Source: Orbicella franksi (Eukaryota). From it: a stretch of 64,000 nt of DNA. How positions within the stretch are numbered: position 1 is the first letter of the stretch; every line of letters begins with the position of its first letter. A model generated the notes under the pieces. The model was not told the DNA's origin and made no database searches. It saw nothing but the letters and a program-made list of their open reading frames with translations. The position numbers and the translations under genes were made by a program. Of the stretch, positions 23,001 through 32,000 are shown piece by piece. The stretch is taken from NCBI GenBank assembly GCA_964199315.1, contig OZ116711.1, forward strand, positions 7,378,001 to 7,442,000. Reading direction: 5' to 3'.

Positions 23001-26000
23001 ACGACATCACGTGGGGGACCACTCGGGGCTACAAACCACGAGGGAAAGAAAGGAATATCGACCTTAACATTCTGCATACAAAATATCAACAATTTTCAAG
23101 ATCCAAGAGGGGTTCATGAGTCCATAACTCCAGGGAAAAAAACTACAAGACTGAGGAAAGGCTTCAAGACGAACAACGATTAGTGCTCCACGGATTCACA
23201 GAATAAGAATTGACAGAATTGACAGAATAAGAACACAGATTTTCGTCCAGGTTACAAGAAGAGAAAAGTGTTAAGCTCGGAGAACCAAATCGATAACATC
23301 AAGGACTCAGAGCTCTTAACAGCCCCCTCAGACCCCGCACCCTTTCCTCTTTCTTCATTCTACCCCCCCCTTTAGGTCCCTTGATTCCTGTATTTATAAA
23401 TTTCGCGGGCAAAGTCGATAGGGATTTTACTATTCAAATACGGCTGAAATGTATAACTATACAGCCTGTTCTAGTTTTCAAACCGTGTAGAATGGAAACC
23501 GAGTGAAGGGGCCTTTTGCTTCTTCAGTCCTGATCGCCTTTCTATCGTCTCTCGACAAATCCTATAAAAAATCTTATAAGAACCTTGTATCAGCTACAAA
23601 CAAAGAGCGTACCTGCTTGTTCTGTCGCAAACGAATGTGGTACACTATACGGTCCTTCGTCACCATCCTTGTATTGAGACGCTAACTCCATCAGGTACGT
23701 CGTGTAAGGGTGTAACCCGTCTAAGGTGATCACTGTAACACGAACTGCGCTGGTCTTGTTTCGTAAGACTGGTACCCAGTCTGAGTGAGATGAGCGTGTT
23801 TTATAGCGCACAATGTACTTCGCTGTGTCCGTGGGAGTAGGGTCTGTTACTCGAAGCTGTACCGTGCGGGACTGGATTCCAATGATAGCCATGACAGGGC
23901 GAGGAGCTGGGAACGAATTAATGATTCATTACAAGGTCTACTCAATAAGTGAAGAAGTCGTTACCAAGCTTAATCTAATTCAAAACTACACCTCTACAAC
24001 TGAAGAACGACTTATGGCAGAACTATCCAAAAGTCAAGCAACTCAACCACGTAAAATATATTGCTTGGATAAAGCTTTAGTTTTTAGCAGTTTGCAAACG
24101 CTTGCAATCAAATCCCGTTCTCATACTATAAAACATTGGTCGGAAGTAGTTGGAGACTTTTCAAAACAGTTGTCTCAAAGTCGAAAAGGTCATTGCCTAC
24201 TAAGAAATGTTGTTAAATATACGCGTTAGCTTTACTGTAAGGCGGGTGGGAAGGCCAAAATTCAACATCATAGGGCGGGGGGGGGGGGGGTTGTGAAATG
24301 GAGGAAGGGAAGGGGGATAGGGTGTGGAGAGGAGTCAGTTTCACTTAAATCAGGGTAAGTGTCTCAACCAGCACTCCTTAACCATGGGATCTAACAGTCT
24401 TCCATAATCAGTAAACAATATACGAGCGGTACCACATACCATGTACAAGAAGGTGAATATTCCGTGTCGAATTGATCGACAGTGAAGGATACCAGGCCGT
24501 ACAGGACACAATAGAGCCTCGATCTCTGTACTTGACACGTTTTAGAGTCAACACACTCTTTACGCTGCCGTTGCCATATCGTGTGCGACGGATGATGGAC
24601 AGGGGTGGGTCAGGGATCCGCAGTCCGTTCTTGTACCACTCCATATGTGCTCCCGGCTGACCGGAAACTAGACACGTCAAGTTGACGGAGCTCGTACGGT
24701 TCAGTTCTACTGTTTCACTCGGAGGGCTCACTTCCGGTACGCTTCCTACAAGAAAATAGGTACCGTTAGGTCACGATAAGCCCAGAGGTCGATTAACGCT
24801 TGTCTGCTAGTTTTAACTTACTAAGTTTAAGTGAGACGTGGTTGTCTAATGGTTGGCGCGCTGGCCTCGCGGAGCGGTTCGGATTCAAACCCTGGCCGGG
24901 ATCATTGTGTTGTGTTCTTGGGCAAGAACACCTCGCCTCTCTCCACGCAGGGGTATCGGTTAATTAAATGCTGGGGGTAGCCCTGCGATGGACTAGCATC
25001 CCAACCAGAGGGGAGCAGCTAAACTACTAGTCACTTCATGCTACAGAAACCGACAGACAGGTCGCCAGAGTATTCATTAAGCTTTCGGCATTTTTTCCCT
25101 CCAATTTAAAGATGTTCCACAGAAACACGAAAGAAATAATAATTGGTATGGAAACAGGAAATGACGGCAGCTTGTGTCACTGACATAAATATCTCTCTCG
25201 ATAATAAATCACTTTTAAATTGAATTCGAACCGGGCAGTAATCCAGGATGTGGCAAAAATCTTCCGGGTTCCAACGTTTTGCGATTTTGTGGTTTTCTTC
25301 ACGATTCGCTTGCAAAATGTTTTCACGCAAAACTTTACTCCACTCCGAAGAATATCAGCAAGAAAACAAACATTATATAACCCAGATAACCCTAATTTTA
25401 CTGTGGGATAATACGAGATTGCGTTAAAAGAACACAGGATCCTTGCGAGTTTTCTTTTTTTGGAGCAAGATCATAAGGTTGCTAAGGAACTCGCTGGGTA
25501 CGTGACGTACTAACGGAGCTTTTTTCCCCCGTCTAAGACTAAACAATCCGAGGTTGTCAAAACAGACTCGCCCCACAAATCTGTGCTGGAGGGAAAATGT
25601 GATCAATAGATAAAGGTGGATTATTAGAGATCCCTTACTCAAACAGTAATGGCTGTGCCAATGGAATAGGGTCGCTTGTTTACTGATCAGGGACCTTTCG
25701 AACGGGGATTGATTACGAGTAACACGTTTCAACGCAGAGCTTATGCTTTCGATTATCACGTTTCACATTAATCTGGTACTGAAAGTCTCCTATTCAACTG
25801 GTTGACGACAAGAAGGAGTCATGGCTCTAGGAACGTAACTGGATTAAAATTTGAAAGCTACCCTCGTACATGAGCTAGTACTGGTACTGTTTTCTAAAGA
25901 TCCCGATTCAAATGGGGCATTGATAGGAGAGGGGGCGATGTGTTGGAAGGAAGGCACAAAATGGAGTCAATAGACCTTTTTAGCTTGGGCGGTTTGTTGC

Positions 26001-29000
26001 CCCATTTCAGACCATGTGAAGATACTCTTGAGAATTCTTGCTTACAAATTTTCCCGTGTATGTAGATGAATTATTTTCAAATGTATAAAAGAAAATTCTC
26101 TAGAGAATATCACGTGGTCTGTAATGGAAAAACAAACCGCCCAAGGTAAAGAGGTCTAATATGAGATTTATTATCCAACGAAATCCAGACTTTGGACCCA
26201 GTTTTCCGTTGCGCGCGGCGGAAGATTCAACGACCACAACCAACCTGCTAAACCGGTTTCCCACAATACAAATATCGCGAAATATTTGTACTCGTTGGGC
26301 GCGTTACTTGCACTCTGAGTCGAGTTGGATAATAAAGCTCTTTATTATAAATTGTGACTACTAGTACAATTGTTATCCTACTCGGATTCAGCTATGTCAC
26401 TGTTAAATATTCTTCACAGATCCTTAGTTTTAACATTTATCTCAATATGCCGGCATACTGCCAGTGAACAGAGCACAAAGTTTGAGAAAAAATCTTCGTC
26501 AGCGTCACAGGAAAAGTTAGTTCAAAACACTTGTGTGGCGATAAATAAACCTTGATTTCTCTAAAACAGCAGGCGACATCTTTTGCCAAAAAATGATGGG
26601 ACTTTTAAGCTGTATGAATTAAACGAAAAAACTAAAATGCAAACGGATCAACGTCAAACAAAGTCAAATATGTACGACCTTAAAGAAACGAAATTACGAA
26701 AACAGAACGAAATTGTTCGATTGATTTTCTTGTTGTGATAAGCACGGCGACTCATAAGTCCAGTTCTGTCTCTCTCTATGTCACGCAACGCTAGGGAAAT
26801 AGCTTAGCGTTACGTGTCAGAGAGAGCGCCAAAACAGGACTACGTGTCTCTTACGGTATGTGCTTAACTTTCTGAAGCTCGAGTTTTGGACGAGAAGTTC
26901 TCTGTAAACGTTGTAAGAACTTATTTTTCCGGGTTATTTTACTCGTTAACGCATATATCAGTATTCTGTAAACATTGTTATTTCCTTATAAATGAACATG
27001 GAGGTATATCACTTAAAACTTAGAAGTGTCTGACTCTCTCGGCGTAATCCGTTTTCCTCCACTAGAGAGCCTTCCGAGCTTCTAAACGAAAAATTGCACA
27101 GCGATGACGCAACTCTACGAAGCTCTGTGCAGAGTCTTTGATTGGTTGTTACTTGCGCGCAAAAATTCAAAATCAAGAAACAACCAATCATAGGCGGCGT
27201 AGCAGAGTGACGTCATCACTATCAGCTTGGAAGTATCGCGACTGGACAAGAACTAAATACGCGAAGACAAATTTCTGTTTCAGCCTAACTTAGAAATGTC
27301 GTCATTAGCCTAAAAAAAGATTTAGTATATAATGAAGTAATTCCGCTTTCAAACACTTGATTGCTTGATTGTCCAGGAATATATCAAGCTTTACCTTTGG
27401 TTGGAAGGCATTCGTAGATCTCAACTCGCATGCAGATGTAGCCATTTGCGTTCCAAGTAACAGGGTTGAAGCGAATGTAACGCGCAAATATCCTCCTCGA
27501 GAACACTTTCTTTATGACTGTTTCGTTGTCCCAGTTACCGTGAAAAGTCTAAAGGCAAAACAAATTCCAAGTTAACCAAACTTTTCTACAGGATTTACTG
27601 TATTTTAGTCATTTATTTCCCATCTTGCAAGAAGCTCTTCCGACACGTCACGCAAGCTTGTAGCGGAGGAACGCGTGACCAGTCCACTGACTGTCTACGT
27701 ATAAGCTACAAAAGTCAAATGATTATCTATATTGAGTTCTTTATCGCCCCCTTTAACCGCCAATAGTAAGTTTAAGTTGAAACCGAGTAGACTTGATCCG
27801 CAAAAACAGAGTTCTTGTGTTATGAATAAATAAGTGCTCTTCTGCACAACTGTGGCTGTCGTTTGTTCGTGAATCCATTTCCTGACCTGTGACAACCCTG
27901 CATTAAGCAGCGTCCACACTACGCTGGAGTAAATTTGAAAACGCAGCTTTATTTCTACGGTTAGTCCTACCGTCCACACTAATCCGTCACGAAAACGGCG
28001 CTTTTCGAAAACGCTCTTCTAACCGGAGAAATCTGAAAACGCCGGGTTTTCATTTTCGTGTGGACGGAGCGCATGTTAGAAAACGGAGCTTTTCTAAAAC
28101 GATGGCGTCACGATAATCACGTGATTTACCTGCCCGGGTTTCTTCAAACACAAATGCAAAATGACCGGTGATTGTTGCGTTTTTAAATTCCGCCGGCGTA
28201 CTGTGGACGGAAAACATTTGATGCGTTTTCAGTGTGAAACTTCCGTTTTCAAATTTTTCCGGCGTAATGTGGACGGGGACTTGATTTCTCATACCTTGCT
28301 GCGACTGTCTCCTCTGTTCTTGTAGGAGCGCCACGTGTAACCATCAGTGCTGTAATTCACCCTGTAACTGGATACAAACATTCCCGACATGTAGCCTTGG
28401 GTTGCTACTCCGGAGAGGGACCGCACTCGACCCAGATCAACCTGAATGACACCAGATGAGCAATCACTGATAAGTAATGTAAAACGGCTTTAAGCTGAGT
28501 GTCGTAACACCATACTCAAAGTAGGTGTTACTCAAAGTAATCTCCCTGACCAGTCAAAAAGGACACTGACAATCCACTGAACCGATCAAAACTCGAAAAT
28601 ACACGCAACATGCAACTGACGCGAAGCGCGGGAAAATACTTGTGAGTCGCTCACGTTTGGTTTCGATTTTAATTCTGATTTGATGACGAAGTGGCGGGAG
28701 CATGGGACAACGCGGGACGGGACAAGCACAGGACAAAGCGGAACGGGACAAGTATGGGGCAACGCGGGACGCGACAAGAAAGGGACAACGCAGGACGGGA
28801 CAGGCCTGGACCGTCCAACTCTCCTAAATTAGCCTAAGCACAATGTTTACATAGCAAGGACGTTTTTCACTAACACTGACCTGCAAATACTGATTCTCAT
28901 CAAGCTTATCTGTACACCATCCTCCCCAAGTCAGATTACCGGAGCTGTCGACGCCGGCTTTATTGTTAAGTCGACCATTGGAGCCGTAATGTTGATTCCA

Positions 29001-32000
29001 GTGAGATGAGGCGGATATCTGCTGGTCTGAGATCTTGCGACTTTCAACGCCGACTGGAGTGTTACAATCTGCGAAATGCAAGAGAAAAAGGGAAGAGTCT
29101 TTTTTTCATAAAACACTACTGCTAACCTATTCTCCTTTAATCAAAACTTGTTCCCTCTTTCTCGGGTCGAGGTTTAAAATGATTTTAACCCGAAGATTCG
29201 GCTAGTTTAAGTTGCTTTCTTCAGAACTGAAATGAACAAAGTAAAAGTCAATATGGCGGACTAGCTTTCTTGCTTCGAAACATCTGCTTCTTCAGTCCGC
29301 CATATTGACTTTTACTTTCTTAATTTTCTAAAGATTCTCGGTAAAACTAGCTGAAACACAGATTTAAAATCATTCTTAACCTCAGAAGAATCCCGAGATT
29401 TTAATGTTCAAAATGAAAAGTGAAAGTTTCCGAGATTCAGTTGTTCTTCTTTATCCGCATAAACGAAAGGTTTCTTCTCGCCTGCTCATTTCTAGTGACG
29501 TTCTTCTGTGGAGAACAGGATCCACGTTTCTGATCGGTTGTAACTCCACGCGAAACTCGCAAATTCAAAGACACAGAAGGCGGTCAAACAGCTCCACTCG
29601 TGATGTTCATTGCCTTCACTTTTACAAGACTTCGAGACGTTAGCCACATTTTCGATCGCTGTGTTTTCTGTAGTTCGCATAGTGCGATCTTCTTAGTTTT
29701 CCCTCGGTGACTAACGTCGGACGAACGTTTCAGGACATGTCCTGGGCAATCAGAGATTTAGAAAGTTCTCCAAAGTTCCAAGCTTCTGATTACTACAAAT
29801 CAGTTATCCAAGAAGAAGTCTCTTAAAGTAGCTTCTATCATGTTAACGAAGTAGTAACATTTTAAACACTTTTGTTCGACTGACATTTGAAAACAAGTAG
29901 CCTAATCACGTAATCTTACCTTGCCCAAAGCGTGACGGGTCTGCTTACCTTAAGGAGGCTATCATTTAAAAGCATGTCAGAAAATGATCGTTCATATTAC
30001 ATATGTACTAACCTTCACTTGGTAGACAGCCATACAGCTCCACCCTAAGACAGGTTGACACAACAGGATCGTACACGGGGTAAAAACGAACAGCGCGAGC
30101 CGTGAGTGGCTGTGTTAGGTTATTCCATGCCGCCCGATATGGGTTTCTTGGACCCTTAAAATACTGAAAAATAACACAACATCAAGTTATCTTCTCTTAA
30201 AGGTCTCCTCAGCCAAAATTTGGCTGGTCAAGCAACGCTCGTTGATCGTCACGCAATCTCTTCTCTACGAGCTGGGAGGAGCGTTGAGTGACGCTATTGG
30301 CTAAAAGATAAGAGGGTACCAAGACAGCCCGTGAACAGGCTTCCGGCGAGCATGAAAAACTAAACGCTGTGTAGAATGTCTATTCTTAAACGGCTTAAGT
30401 GAGGCGCTGGAAAAGTAGCCTACTCTAAGCGCTCGGTTAGTTCACGAGCAGCCTAGAAAAAAGCCCTCGTCTATCTTTCTTCTAGCCATGTATTTCTAGT
30501 TGCTGTAGCCGTCAAACAGGCTTACCTGAGTCACAAGCGCGCAACGAGTGGACAGCGAGTCGGCGAGCGAGGCAGTCTGCCTGGGAGGCGCGGAAACGCG
30601 TATGTTCTCAGGGGCGTAGCCGGAATTTTTCAAAGGGGGGGTCACACTGTGTCAAGTGAGGGTACTCGCCAGATTGTCATAACGTTTTCTCCACCTGTTG
30701 TAGGTTGTTTGCTTCAGGCTTAGAAAACGGGGGGGGGGGGGGGTCACAGGAAACCCAGGACCCCCCTAACTACGCCCTTGGTTCTCCAAACGCCAGCCTG
30801 CCCGCAGGCCATCGTTACTGTTACCGTTCAAAAGTTTATTAGCTCCTCGATCGAAACATTACAATACACTTTCGTCAGGAATAAGGTAATGAGGACCATA
30901 AAATAAGGTCGTGCTTTATTGGGATCAACCGTTTCAATCACACCCGGTTTGGCTTGATGCCTTTGACGTGTCTTAATGAGACAATTTTCCAACCGTTCTC
31001 CGTTGAAACGCGAAAATTCCAGGAAATAGTCGTTACGTGAGCTACAACCACGCGACATAATCACGCAAATGATTTTTCAGTCGTTTCAACCTGGTTTGAG
31101 GCGAAAAGGTTTTTCAACTAAACCAACCGAAAACGGTTTTTCCCCATTACAACACAACAAAAAACAACTAACAAAACCAACCAACCAGAAACGGTTGATC
31201 CCAATAGAACGCGATCTAAGACACAAAACAAGAGAGGACCTTACAGATCCTTTAATCCACTTGTCACCTCTAAACCTACCTTCAGATTCCCGTTGACAGT
31301 GTAGTTAAACCATTTTATGTTATCGTAACTGAAGGCTAAGCTGAATTCCTTCACCCAGTTGCTCGCAGCTCCCTGTGTTGCCAGTTTGGTGATGGTGTGA
31401 GGCATCAGCAGGTCGATTTGAAGATACGGGTTTCTATCGTCTCGACGTGCACACCATCCTCTAAGACTAGAATAAGAACATATAATACCACTTAGATCGG
31501 ATGTGCAGTCTCGATGCAGTCGCGGTGGCCTCATGGTTAAAGCGCTCGCCTCGTCACGGTTCGAGCCCTGGCCGGGGACACCGTACTGTGTATATATGGG
31601 TACCGGCGAATTTCATGCTTGGGAGCACAACCATACTCTTTGTCGCTTCATGTTACTGAAACAGGAGATAAGCGCCGGCCTGATGGGCCACTTGGCTCGC
31701 ATGCAGACTTTGTTTACGTTACCTTATATAGTCGTTTAGAACCGTACTCAAACTACCATATACACTTTTTAAACAATAAGTCATTATAACCAATGAATAT
31801 ATGAAAGATTATATATTTGAATAACGTGATAAAGATTTAAAGACATTCTAGATAATCGCAGTTTTGTACGCATCCTAGACTAGGCAGCTGCGATAATAAA
31901 ACCCCAAATGAATTCAGGCTTAAACGGGATTCGAGCCCTTGACCTCCGTGATACCGCTGCAGTGCTCTAAGCGAAATGGGAGCTGGTCACGTTGTGAGTT

